From positions 18,972,001 through 19,036,000 of the forward strand of contig JAGIQG010000020.1 of assembly GCA_024679065.1 (NCBI GenBank): a stretch of 64,000 bases of DNA. The letters are read 5' to 3'. The notes under the pieces are model-generated. The model saw only the letters and a list, made by a program, of their open reading frames with translations, made no database searches and was not told where the DNA came from. A program made the position numbers and the translations under genes. Of this stretch, positions 51,765 to 64,000 are shown piece by piece (positions within the stretch are counted from its first letter, which is position 1; each line of letters starts with the position of its first letter). This stretch comes from Sphyrna mokarran (Eukaryota).

Positions 51765-51920
51765 AACATTCATGGGATGTGGGCTTTGCTGGCTGGGCCA
51801 GCATTTTTTTGCCTATCCCTAGTTGTCCTTAAGAAAGTGGCTGATGAGCCGCTGCACTTCATGCGGTGTTGGTACACCCACAGTGCTGTTAGGGAGGGAG
51901 TTCCAGGATTTGAACCCAAC
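51765..51920 (-). mobile_element. SINE/LINE 3' tail fragment
   Basis: Same family as 50515-50652. Confidence 0.65.
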
Positions 51921-52519
51921 TGAAGCATTGCACGCTTTGGATTGAATTTGTATCACCACCCATTCAACTGGGAAACATTTAGTCATTTAATGGGTGAACT
52001 GTACTAACTGCAATAGCGGAAGCTGCCTATTTCAAAAATCAATTAATATGCCAAAAAATCATCATTATCCTCCAAATGCACGTACTTTTTTGTAAAGGTA
52101 CTTAAAAAGTAATTGTGAATGTGTAAGGTGGAACGAATATGTGTTGGAGCAAGTGTATGTGATTAAAATGTTGCACTTTCGTTAAAAAGGTAAAAAGTGA
52201 ATTTGTCTCCAGCTGTTAAAAGCTCGTTAAAAAAATGTCGTCTGAGCTTTACTTCTCATTCGCATAGTTTCATATTTGAAGTTTGTGGAGCAATTATTCT
52301 GCTGGAATTCTGGCCTCTCTAAGACTCACGCTTGCAGCTGTTCGCAAGCCAGCCTTCTCGCTGTACTTCCTGCAACTCTAACCCAAGTCTGAGAGCTCTG
52401 AAATATGTCGCAACTTCTGTGCTCCAAGAAAAACCATAGTTCAATTCATATTGTATTAAATTTAAGCTTTGTATATCATCATACTCACGTACAGAATAAT
52501 TCTAAACTTATGTTCTTAG

Positions 52520-52798
52520 AAGTTTATTTTGTTTGCCCAAGTAAGCTTACATTAACACTGCAATGAAGTTACTGTGAAAATACCCTAATTGCTACACTCC
52601 GGTGCCTGTTTCGGCTATACCGAGGGAGAATTTAGCATGGTCAATGCACCCAACCAGCATATCGCTTGGAGTGTGGGAGGAAACTGGAGCACCTGCAGAT
52701 ACTAGGGAGAACATGCAGAACACCCAAGCCGAGAACCGAACCCAGGGTTCCTGGGGCTACGAGGCACTCATGCTAACCACTGTGCTATCATGCCGCCC
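52520..52798 (-). mobile_element. V-domain SINE, variant tail
   Basis: V core and tRNA-like head in reverse orientation. Confidence 0.88.
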
Positions 52799-54463
52799 GT
52801 CAAAATGTTTCATGTGATTATGAATGCAAGCTAATCCAAACTAAACAGGTAAGATTTGTTGCTCGGTGGCGGTAAATTTGTCTTTGTCTGATAACAATAC
52901 AGTGAGTAATTCGGGCCAAATCGGTCCGTTAAACATTTTCCCCGATTTTCATTTTGATTGACTTCAATGGGTTGAATCGACAGTGCCTCGAGCACATTAC
53001 TACCCAAAGTTCAGTGTATCATAACTATGCTTTGTGGATGGGCAGAATTAGTGTTTGAATTTCATTTGAATGAAAATAGCTGGATAAGTAATTATCGCGA
53101 GGTCGTATTAACGGCTGCATTTCACTATGGGTTCCAACCCTTGTTTGCTCTGATGACTGTACACTGAAGCAGTGCTCTTGTAACCTAATTCTTTAGTCGG
53201 GTTTTAAATGCCGATGGATTCCAACGTAACTGAGCGAGCAAACACAAAAAAGAGAAATGTTTCTCTGATAGTTGGAGCTTCCCAATAATTAGTCTTGGCC
53301 AAGTTTACTATTGTACAAGGAGTTTCCTTGGTAATAGTGAGATCCCTCAATTCACTTCCTTGCCTTGAATTCAGAACACAAGGAAATAATTCTTCGACCA
53401 TAGAGTGTGCATGTTTCGGAATGTTACTCATTAGAGCAGTTTAGTTACTAACAGTGTTGTGGGAAGTCTCTGCTGCATCATAAATCTCTCACACAGTTCA
53501 ATGTATCCCGAATGCATTTTAATAGGCAACTTAAAATTATGTTACCCTAATGTTCAAACGGGAGCGCTTGCGTAAAAACCATTGATAAAGTCACAATTGT
53601 GTATCGCTGAATGAATATTAGGACAGGCAGGATCATGTGCTCAAAATTAGCGTGAATTTACCTGGCAGACAGAGTACCTGTTGAAAATTACGAAGCTTCA
53701 CTTATGCATAATTGTGTGTGTTTAACTCCCAGCAGGTTAAAGGTCAAGTCTGCACGTGACAGATTGGCAGACATTGTTCACAGTGATGTGTAGGGTGCAG
53801 ACTGTTCGATAAACAAGCGAAGCCATTGGGCAAAGTGCAGGCCTTTGGAAGGTGCCTAAAACCTCCTGCAGATGCTTTCTGTTTGTGTTATCGGTGTACA
53901 ATCAGCTTCCTCAAAGTTGAGTACCTGCCTGAAAGGCAGACAGCTTCTCACGGGTCTTCTCGAGAAGAGTGTTGCTTTGATCTCAAACAGAAGCCTTTAA
54001 GGAGTCTGGCAGATTGAACTTTCATTGTGGAATTATCCAGTGAAAGCCGAAACTGTCGGAGTGGTTTCTTCCACCAATGGGCTGACAACATACCTCACAC
54101 ACGAGTCGTTTAAAACAAAATTAGATTATTTGCCTTAGCAGTTAACCTCTCAAATATACCTCCTGGGCTTCTAGAGTTATTGAAGGAAACCTTACATGTT
54201 CTGTGCAAAATTATTTTCCTTTTTGGTTTGTATTAAACAGGTTTCTTTGCGGCTGATTAAACTAGTCTAAAATGTGCAGCACAGCCTGCCAATTAGGCTA
54301 TGGGATAACATTATAAAAATTCCACTGTCTAAGACACAGAACATTAGCGTCTTAGCTTAAAAAACAGATTTTATGTCAATATGTTAAGCAGTTTTATAAC
54401 ATTATTCTATGATGTAATTTCCAGGCTTATCCATTTTATGAGAATGGTTCTAGGCAACATTAT

Positions 54464-55076
54464 GGACTGGATTTTCCATGGTTTAGGAGACAAGTTAGGT
54501 AGCCGACATTCCTTTCTCTTGGCAGAGTTGGGAGAGGAAGGCAGAGGGTAACCAGCTGATGGTGATGGCCCATTATTGGGTCTAGCTGAACACAGATGCT
54601 GTTGTTGCTGGGATCATTGGGCAGCACTCAAGCACCACATTGAGTCTGGAGTTGGTCATTTAATCAGAAATGGGCTTTCAGCATCAGACTGCTGGGGAGA
54701 CTATCATCCTGACACCAACAGGCTGGAATTGATTACCACAGTCCATTCTGTGGACGATCCTGAGGTGAGGATCTCCCACCCCAGCATGATGGACTGACAG
54801 CTGTGACCATTAGGAATTCTTAGCTTTAACAATTCTACAAAGAGTGCTGCCATTTTGAAGCAGCCTCTTGATCTCCTGCCTGCCTCACTTGTGCCACCTT
54901 GGCTGCCAGTGGAATCGGTGTGAGCCAGTGAACTGCTCCATGTGCTGGACAAGGGTGCCAGAAGTGGCTTCTTAGCTGGCTGCCTTTGGAATGATTGTGA
55001 GCAAAACCCTAGCACAGCCACATATGGGTTTGAGGTCCAAATCCTCACCGTGACCTAACTTGGGAAAATTCAGCCC
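54464..55076. mobile_element. MITE-like element with 14-bp terminal inverted repeats (possibly PIF/Harbinger)
   Basis: ggactggattttcc ... ggaaaattcagccc (12/14 complementary); T/A triplet flanks. Confidence 0.55.
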
Positions 55077-55509
55077 TTATGACTTAAGAATAACATGCAG
55101 AATTCGAATGACAAAAAAAATGTCAAGATTCATTACATTCAAACAGTTCTGACTGAAATATTCAAAAATGGGAAAATCAAGTTGAATTTGCAACATTCAA
55201 TTATAGAAAGTTATTCCCCAGATACATTGCATATAATACCAATAAACACATCAATATGTACACACAAGTTTAATGAGTTGCTACTCTAAGGGGGGAGGGA
55301 GCACTTACACCTGTGACTCACCAGAGGGTATTACAACCTGTGCAATGTAATAACCTCATCCATGATTGAAGAGCTATAGCATATGTGCCTGATAGAAGAG
55401 TATTACAAAATTGTTCTTTGGAGCAGGTAAACTGATCATTAACTATTCTTCGTCTGCCTGCAAAATAACAGATGATCAGGGTGAATTACATTCAAAGTAG
55501 AGTAGAAGT

Positions 55510-56030
55510 CATTCTGAAATTAAAATAGAAAATGCTGGAAATATTCAGCAGCCGGGCAGCAGCTGTGGAGGGAGAAATAGAGCTAATATTCTAGGTCAAT
55601 GACTTCTCACTTCCTGATGGGGGGAAAGCAAAAAGAAGATGTACGATGCGGTGGAAGGCAGGAGAGATTAAATAACAAAGTGGATGATAATGCAAGGCAA
55701 ATGGAGATGGCATTAGGACAAGAAGTGAATCTCAAAATAGGTCTAGATGAGATATAAATGGAAATGACAGAATCATAAATGACAGCTGATATCTCAGACA
55801 GATATAAATGTTACAATCTAAAATCATTACTCATAAAGTCCAGAAAACTGTAAAATGCCTGATTGAAAGATGTTTTGATATTCTAATATGCTTTATTGAA
55901 ACAACATTGGAGACTGAGGATAGAGAGACTAGAGTGAGCGTGGGGTGGAGGATGAAAATGAAAGTACTGGAAGCTTGGAGTCATGCTTACAGACTGAGCA
56001 AGGTATTCCACAAAGCAGCTGCCTAATTCT
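55510..56030 (-). mobile_element. decayed Penelope-like fragment
   Basis: gaaaatgctggaaatattcagcagccgggcagcagctgtggag head followed by purine-rich body. Confidence 0.5.
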
Positions 56031-56149
56031 TCTTCATGCTCTGGCCTACACTAATGAGTTCTAAAGACAGCTTCCCTGTTAATTTATTCATTTGCCATTT
56101 TGCAACGTGCAAATTGGTTGTAGAGTTTACCTACGTCTATCAAAAGTGA

Positions 56150-56478
56150 GACATTGGCGCAGTGGTATTGTCACTGGACTAGTTATCCAAAGAAAAATTT
56201 GGGGACCTGGGTTCAAATGCCATCATGGCAGCTGGAATTGAAAGTTAATGATGACCATTGTCAATTATTGCTAAAAATCCAAGTGGTTCACTAATGTCCT
56301 TTAAGAACAGAAATCTATTGCTCATACATGGCTTGGCCTACATTTGCCTCCAGAGAGACACAGCAGTGTGATTCATTCTCAAAAATGTTCTGAAATGGAG
56401 GGCAGTTAGCAATAAATAATGGCCAATAAACGCTGGCCCAGCCAGCAACACTCCCATTTTGTAAAATGAATTTAAAAG
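56150..56478 (+). mobile_element. family B SINE inserted in a Deu-type SINE tail (56080-56150, 56480-56570)
   Basis: tggcgcagtggtattgtcactggacta...ggttcaaat; host tail continues after the insertion. Confidence 0.75.
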
Positions 56479-56679
56479 AAAGTTCAAAAATATTCCAGTG
56501 GTTGTGAAGCATTTTGGGAAGTTCTGAGGATGTGATCAGATGCTACATGAGCATGATCTCTCTATTTCTTCCTTACATAAGTGCATCCTCTTGTCATACT
56601 TATCACTCCAGTACATCTTTATTATCCAAATACTTCTCATGTATAAAAGCTATTTTTTTCCTCTCACATCTGCTGAGAA

Positions 56680-57318
56680 CAAAGGGTGTGTACATGAAAA
56701 TGGATGTCTTGATGCAATTATACAAAGCCTTGATGAGGCCACAGCTAGAATACTGTGTGTAATTTTGGTCTCCTTATCCGTGGAAGGATGTTCTTGCTTT
56801 AGAAGAAGTGAAGGGAATGTTCAGCAGATTGATTCCTGGAGTGGCAGCACTGTTGTAGAAGGAGAGATTGCAGCAGTGAGGATTGTATTCACTGGAGTTC
56901 AGAAGAACATGGGAGGGATATGATAGAAACCTATAAAATTCTAACAGGACTAGATAGGGTAGATACAAGAAGGATATCCCTGATGATGGGGATGTCCAGG
57001 ACCAAGGGGTCACAGTCTAAAAATGCAGGATAGGCCATTTAGAACTGAGATGAGGAGAAATTCCTTTACCCAGAGAGATCAGTCTTTGGAATTTGTTACC
57101 ATGGAAACCCGTTGAGGCCAAAACATTATATTTTTTCAAGTAACAGTTAGATTTAGTACTTGGGCCAAAGGAGATCAAAGAATATAGGGGGAAGGTGGGA
57201 TTAGGCTATTGAGTTGGATATCACAATAATCATAATGAATAGCAGGGGAGGCTCAAAGGGCTGAATGGCCTCCTCCGGCTCCTATTCTCTATATTGTCTA
57301 TGTTTTTATGTTTCTATG
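56680..57318 (+). mobile_element. CR1 LINE 3' ~640 bp
   Basis: LYKALMRPQLEYCV frame; same subfamily as 45690-46570; tail tatgtttttatgtttctatg. Confidence 0.92.
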
Positions 57319-58741
57319 CAACAGAAAAAGAAGCTGATCATACCGATAACAAAATTATAGTAGTAAAAAACATTGGATTTTAAACATAGCAAGGACAAAG
57401 AAGAACTGGCAAACATGAATGAGAAATGAGTTTTGGATATTGCCATTTAAATATAAAATGCACTTCAGAATCACATGAAAGCAATTGAATAAGTATTAAC
57501 GTACAGAATATTACACATCTGGAGAAGTGGCAATAATGCAGTTGAGAAGCAGAGTAATATAAAGATAGCAACTAGAGATGAATGGTGCTGGAAGCCAAGC
57601 AATCTGTAAATCCCATCAGGTGACTTTCTGCAATTTGTTTATTAGCTGTTGCTTCAGATCCTTCACTGAATGGATTATTTACAGCAGAATTCTTTCCGAG
57701 ATATCTGTGTTTAATGAAGTGATTGGCCTGCTCCTTTAAGCTGCTAAAATGGATGAATGGCTATGGCAATACGGCTTTTTCTTCTCATCCACAGAACCCA
57801 AACCTGCAGAATGCATAACAGAGCACAGAGGCAAAGCGAAGAGGCAGTCCTGAATGTTTAATCGATCACCAATCCAGGAAAAAGGATGAGGATCATTCAG
57901 TAGTGTGCCAGGAAGTCAAACTTGCCAGCCCACTCTGATTCCAGCTGGAAGTTGGCCAACAAGCGGAACCCTAGTCTGTGTCTCTGTGGAACTCAGAGGT
58001 ACACTGCTGCTGTGAACTGGGATAGAACATGTCTATGAACTGGGACAGGCATGGGTGACAGAACTAGCATGTGAACAGTGTTGGGAGAATGTTTTGAATT
58101 GGGAGTCTGACTTTTGAATTAACTTTTTGATAAATGATGATTTATTTAGTTGGATAAAAATGTGCTTAAAATTAAGCAAACTATAATTTCTGGTGCAAAA
58201 CTTAAACCTTTATTCCAACATTGCTGGACTTGTGTTAGAATTTCACCACCAAATTGTGCCGTCAACAATTTATAAATTGTCCTTCAAATGTCCCCATAAT
58301 TCCATTTTTCTTTCCTCCAATACAACTGAAGGAATGTACCTACCTACATCATATCCATCCCATATGATTACTGGTGCTTAAATGCCATATGTTTATAATA
58401 ATGGCAGTAGTTTAAGTTGGCAGCCTTATGGGGCATGTGCCAGTTTTTTTAGAAACTGTCGGCCAACCTTGGCTTGTTTCCTAGGTTGGTATGTTTGTAA
58501 CATCAACTTATATGTTGGGAAGTTAGCCCTGTCAGATAATTTGGCTTAATGCCTGGAATTCAGAGCAGCCCAATACTGAAAGGTTGTAGCAAAATCCCTT
58601 CGTGCAGGAATTTAGTTTTGAAGTACAACATTGCAATGTCTCCGAGATTAGGTTATCTCGGGATCAGGTTATTAGATTGCCTTATCTTTGTCAGCCTATG
58701 CGTTCTGAAAGAAAAAATTCTGAAAGTTTATTTATATTATC

Positions 58742-59013
58742 TCAAGTAGACTTATATTAACACTGCAATGATATTACTATGAAAATCCCCTTGTCGCCAC
58801 ACTCTATGCCTTTACAGGTAACTGAGGAAGAATTTAGCACGGCCAATGCACCTAACAAGCACGTCTTTCGGATGGTGGGAGGAAACCGAAGGATCTGAAG
58901 GAAACCCATGCAGATACAGGAGAACATGCAAATTCCACACAGACAGTGACCCAATCGAACCTGGATCCCTGATGTTGTGAGGCAGCAGTGCTAAACACTG
59001 TGCCACCACGCCA
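58742..59013 (-). mobile_element. V-domain SINE, variant tail
   Basis: Reverse V core and head. Confidence 0.88.
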
Positions 59014-59654
59014 CTCTAAAAGAAAGGATTTTGCACTGGCTGGGAAGAAGTTGTGGGATTTTAACGTTAGGATATGAAAGTAGAAGCAAAATTATTATTT
59101 TTCTGATTTTGATGATGTCATGAACAATGGACCTTGGGCCATTTATTTAAGTTACGCAGGATGGTGTGGTTGCCATATGAAGATTATGGTTGAGCCCAGT
59201 GCAGATTTACCATATAAAGCTACTGATGTAGATTAGCATTGATAAAAATGTGGCTGTCTTGAGGCACTTATATATTTTCTTTGACTTCCCCAGCAATAGC
59301 ATTAATAGTACCATTGCAAAACCCCCACTGTTCTTGAAAAGATATTCAGTTTATGTTGGTCTCATAATTTTACCAACAAAGAGCTGACTGTTTTGTTATT
59401 TCTAAGAAATCACCAGTGATTTGGAACCACAACACCCCACTCTACATATTTTTTTTTGACGAAGCAGACTCGATGGGGCGAATGACCAATTCTCTACAAA
59501 TCCCCTCCCTTTGGCACTCCACAGTATCATGCATTTCCCAATGATTCAGATCTCTCCCCCTTGTCTTGGATTTTCAACTCAAATTGTTCATTTTCCTGTT
59601 TTATTCTCCGACTTGAGGAGACATGCTACTTATCCCTTGGGAATGCTTTTTAAG

Positions 59655-59922
59655 ATTAGTTATTAGTGCCGCAAGTAGGCTTACAGTAACAGTGCAATGA
59701 AGTTACAGTTTGGGTATGCAGAAGGAGAATTTAGCATGGCCAATGCACCTAACCAGCACATCTTTCGGATTGTAGGAGGAAACCGGAGCACCCAAAGGAA
59801 ACCCACTCAGACATGGGGAGAACATGCTGTCTCTACACAGGCAGTGGTCCGAGGCTGGAACTGAACCCGAGTCCCTGGCACTGAGACGTAGCAGTGCTAA
59901 CCACTGTGCCAACATGCCGCCT
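59655..59922 (-). mobile_element. V-domain SINE, variant tail
   Basis: Reverse V core and head. Confidence 0.88.
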
Positions 59923-60044
59923 TATTCAGAACATATTCAAAACGTTTGTCACCTTCTGCTCATTGTTAGATTAGCCCACGATTTGAAACCATTCACTGTA
60001 CAATGTTGCTGATAGCTCTTAGACTTCCTGACCTTTATCACAAG

Positions 60045-60700
60045 AGAAATGGAGTACAAGAGCGGGAGAGTTTTACTACAACTGTTCTAGGGCACTGGTG
60101 TGGCCAAACTTCAAGTTACAAGGCAGGATTTTTCGCTAGACCAACCCCAAGGCCAATGGATCTTTGCACAGTCCGTGTTCCGCCCACTTCAATTCCTGTG
60201 GCAGGTGAAACTGGAAATCTCCACCCATGGTCTCTTTAGTTAAGGAGAGGTTTTACTTGCTCTGGAAGCAGTTGGGAGAAGGTTCACTTGATTTCTCTTT
60301 TGTTTTATTTTGGTTAAGGAGTCAATCGCGAGGGGGCATAGTTTTAGAGTAAGGGACAGGAAACTCAGAGGAGTTTTGAGAAAATAATCTTTCCACTCAG
60401 AGGCTGGTGGGAATCTGGAATACGCTGCCTGGGAAGGTCGTGGAGGCTGGAAACCTTACAACCTTTAATAAATATTTAGGTGAGCACATGGAATATCGTA
60501 ACATTCAAGGATACGGGACGACTGTAGGGAAATGGGATGAGCGCATTTAGTTGTAGATATTGTCAGCGCTGACTTGATGGGCCAAAGGGCCTTTTCTGGT
60601 TGTATTGGCCATGCTAAATTTCCCTGAATGTCCCAAGATTTCTAGGCTAAATGATTAGCTATGGGAAATGTGTGTGGGGTTATGGGGATAGAGCAAGGAG
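60045..60700 (+). mobile_element. fragmented CR1 3' region with a short MITE-like insert (~60122-60227) and a SINE fragment (~60603-60700)
   Basis: ggagtacaagagcggga..., tggtgggaatctggaatacgctgcct, tgatgggccaaagggcc. Confidence 0.75.
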
Positions 60701-60914
60701 AGTGCTGGGTAAGATATTCTGTCTGGGTAAGATATGTGTTTGAATGTGGCTTCAAATCAGGTTGCTGAGTGCTGAACCTAACATCTTCCATAGAGCTGCA
60801 AATCACAGCAAAAACTTATGTTTATTCAGTGCCTTTAAAGTAATAGAAGGTTCCAAGATGCTACATTAGAGTGTAGGGCAGATGGCCAAAGAAGTTAATT
60901 TAGAAGTAAAAAAG

Positions 60915-61268
60915 TAAAGGCAATGGCCTGAGTGTATTATCGGTAGATTATTAATCCAGAAACTCAGCTCATGTTCTGGGAATCCATGTTCAAATCCCAC
61001 CACATCAGAAGGTGTAATTTGAATCCAATAAACAACTGAAATTAAGAATCTACTGATGACCATGAAACTATTATCGATTGTCATAAAAACCCATCTGGTT
61101 CACTAATGTCCTTTTGGGAAGGAAATCTGCCGCCCTTACCTGATCTGGCCTATGTGTGACTTCAAAGCCACAGCAATGTGGTTGACCCTCAACTGCTTTC
61201 CGGCCACTAAGGTGGGCAATAAATGCTGGCCAGTCAACGAAGTCCATGTTTCACAAAAGAATAAAAAA
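60915..61268 (+). mobile_element. tRNA-type shark SINE (family B) inserted into an L2-like 3' fragment (60815-60910, 61270-61510, - strand)
   Basis: Full-length match to the 38078 copy; A-rich end gaataaaaaa. Confidence 0.85.
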
Positions 61269-62984
61269 GTGAAAAGATTTAAAGAGTTTAAGAAGGCATT
61301 GGTAGCTGAAGTCACAGCTACAAATAGCAGAGCAATTTGAATTTGGAGGTGCTCAGGGGATCAACTTAGAGGAGCACAGATATCTCAGAGGCTTGTGGGG
61401 CTGAAGGAAATTACAAAGAAGGATGAGCTATGGAGAGATTTTGAAATAAGAGTGAGAATTTTAAAATTGAGATCTTGCTGAAAGAGGAGCCAATGTAGGT
61501 GAGTGAGAACTCCCCTGGTTTACATCATTTCTGATAATAGACTGTCAGTCCACACTGGCAGCTGCAGAATACAAAACGTGTAAGTACAGGTGAAGGGAAA
61601 AAACAGTTATTCCAACTCTCTGCACTTCCAATGTTGTGGTGATGCAATATTGTAATTTACTGATTCTGCATTCTTTAGCCATGTCTGGATAGGTACTGGA
61701 GCTGTTAGCGATACACAAATGACTTCAGCAGGAGTAACTCATTCAGCAAACTCTTACTTACTGGAGCGGGTGGTTTGACCCTGTTTGTGCTTTGCATGTA
61801 TTTCTGTGTAATGTTCTAAGCATAGCACACATAGCTATGCCATAGTGTATTGAAGAGGCACACATTCCAGACTCCCAAGGATGAAGCTGTGCTGAATGTT
61901 ATTAGGTCAAAGTATTTGAAATAAAAACCAAGTAATTGCAGAATCATAAAAGAAGCTTGAGGCATAATACGTATCCTTTCCTATTTGAGCTGCTTTCCAA
62001 TGTCCCAGGTTAATTAATTGGTGAACTGTTGTGTTTACTTCCTCTGATATAATTCTATGTTTAGTTTTCAAGGAACTGTACACAAAATTATACTACATCA
62101 AAATAAAAAATAAAGAGAGTCTGACTAATGTTCACAAGCATGTGGTAGTGTAAATTTTGTTACATCCTGAAAGCGACAAGATCCGACCTGACTAATTCAA
62201 GGAGCTTAATAGTATATTACAGATTTAATGAATTAAATTACCTTCTCTTTTATTATATAGTAACTTGGTGGAATTCTATATTTTGAGACAACACGCAGTG
62301 ACGAAGGGGGCAGTTCTGGTGAAGTCGATCAGAATGGCAGGATCCTGCACTACATTCTGTGCTTGGAAGCTGGTTAATTATGTACAAGCAAATCTCCCTC
62401 TGAATCTCCTGATTGGTCAGCCACTGATTTGCCCGCCTACCCTCAGCTGACAGGTTTGAAGGTCCTGGCATCATATTTAAATACCAGTCTATCACACTCA
62501 TATCACTAACTCCAGTCCACCTGTCTTCACCAAATTGTGCAGGGGTAAAAGGCTTACAGTCTCAAGAGGAAGCTGGTTCTTCAATTCAATCAACTGCCAT
62601 CATTTCCATCTCCTACACCTCAACTGAATCTTCACTTTCAACATTTGGAGTCTTTGTGTATCGGCTTCCAGTGAACAATCAAGTATCCCTTTGACCCTCT
62701 TGTTTGTGAGCGTATCATGCCGCCTTCTCAGGGTCTAGTTTCCTTCTCCTGAGTCTTCCCACTGCCTTCCATTCTTCATTATCTTCACTTACCTCCTTGC
62801 TCCTGTGCCTGCCATTGTGAGTCTTTACTCTCCCCTCTCTCCTTGCATAGCCTTCTTTCCACATTGTCCCTCTTGTCTTCATTAGGCCACAGCCCCTTAA
62901 TCCTGGCCTCACTTTGCACTTCACCCCTGGTTGAACTTCAGACCTTTGTTGTGGCGACTGTTTGAGTCCTACAGTACAGAGCTG

Positions 62985-63200
62985 CCAGATAGACACTGGT
63001 GTGTGGGACCAGGGAGAAGGAGATCCTTGTGCTCCCCAAGTCCAGGCATTTTATGATCCTATTCAGTGACACAGGAGGGTCCATGGGTCCAGCAGCCTGG
63101 TGCTACCCATGAAGACCAGCTTGGCATAGAGATTGACGGTGGAGACCCGTCTGCTTTGGCAGAGTAGTGTACAGCTCATCAGGAGCTGTGTGACACTATA
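62985..63200 (-). mobile_element. possible decayed L1/Tx1-type endonuclease fragment
   Basis: Reverse-strand peptides RLLDPWTLL and EHKDLLLP resemble the L.DPWR...KDFSFFS region of APE domains; weak. Confidence 0.3.
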
Positions 63201-63539
63201 AAAGAAAGTTGCACTCAATCAGTTTCTGATGAACTTGTGTACATCATCCATTAGCAATTGGGTTTGATGCTGATGTAATTTCCTGCTGGTGTGACACAAG
63301 ATTGAAAGACCTGGTGGGCAATTGTATTGAAGAACATTGATGAGGTGCAAATTAATGCAAATGATGTTTGCACTGCATGTCAGGGGAAAGGAAATCTCTC
63401 ATTAACCCATCATTGTGACATGATGATGATAAGCCAAAATCGCCAATTATCACCATTGGTGATAGTTATTATTGGTGATAATCATAATTACTGTGACTGA
63501 TCGCCAATCACAGTAATTGACAATATTTGCTGTGCAAAA

Positions 63540-63846
63540 CTGGCACAGTACTTAGCACAGTTGCCTCACAATACCAGGAATCCAGGTTTGATTCTAGCTT
63601 GGTCACTCTGTGTGGAGTGTGCACTTTCTCCCCTCTGTCTATGTGGGTTTCTTCTGGATCCTCCAGTTTCCTCCCATAGTCCAAAGATGTGTGGGTTAGG
63701 TTAATTGGTCATGCTAAAATTGAGCCTAGTGTCAGGAGATTAACAGAATAAATGTATGAGTTTATGTGAAAAGGGCTTTGGTGGGATTGTTGTTAGTACA
63801 GACTCGATGGGCCAAATGGCTTTCTTCTACACTGCAGGGATTCTAA
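63540..63846 (+). mobile_element. V-domain SINE with CR1-type tail
   Basis: tggcacagt...gtggagtgtgcactttctcc...tttcctcccatagtccaaagatgt...ctacactgcagggattcta. Confidence 0.88.
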
Positions 63847-64000
63847 CATCGGGAGAATTGCTGTGGTTGTTTTAACGGGTTTCTGACTTTTTGCCTCCCA
63901 CCATCTTGATATGTTCGCCCGCTGCTAACTCCGCTGTGGGCTGTATGGGAGAATTCCACCCACTGGGTGAGAATTTCCATGCAATCTGCAGGATACCCTT

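Noticed and set aside
61045-61082. CTGATGA-CCAT-GAAA hammerhead-like string in family B SINEs (also ~38207)
   Set aside because: There is no proper helix II closing pair and helix I does not pair in register, so it is probably coincidental.

Overview
This is eukaryotic DNA, very probably from a cartilaginous fish (shark), judged by its SINE and CR1 repeat repertoire. It contains one complete protein-coding gene, tbx5 (T-box transcription factor 5), on the + strand. Eight coding exons were assembled by hand: 28237-28386, 28710-28804, 30276-30395, 31097-31244, 33154-33306, 36595-36686, 37846-38063 and 40798-41384. All introns are GT-AG, and the joined CDS is 1563 nt (520 aa) with no frameshift or internal stop. 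There are two candidate alternative promoters with non-coding first exons (~23.5 kb and ~25.3 kb) and a ~2 kb 3' UTR. From ~16.7 to ~37.4 kb the sequence is CpG-retaining and almost free of transposons. The flanks are full of V-domain SINEs, other tRNA-type and Deu-type SINEs, CR1/L2 LINE fragments, Penelope-like palindromic remnants with decayed hammerhead-ribozyme cores, and PIF/Harbinger remnants. Almost all entries in the ORF track are spurious or repeat-derived. I see no convincing wholly new system. The best leads are the hammerhead-bearing palindromes, a direct repeat flanking the frame-symmetric exon 4, dual promoters with uORFs, and candidate heart/fin enhancers. Repeat boundaries are approximate, and all family assignments come from recall rather than database searches.
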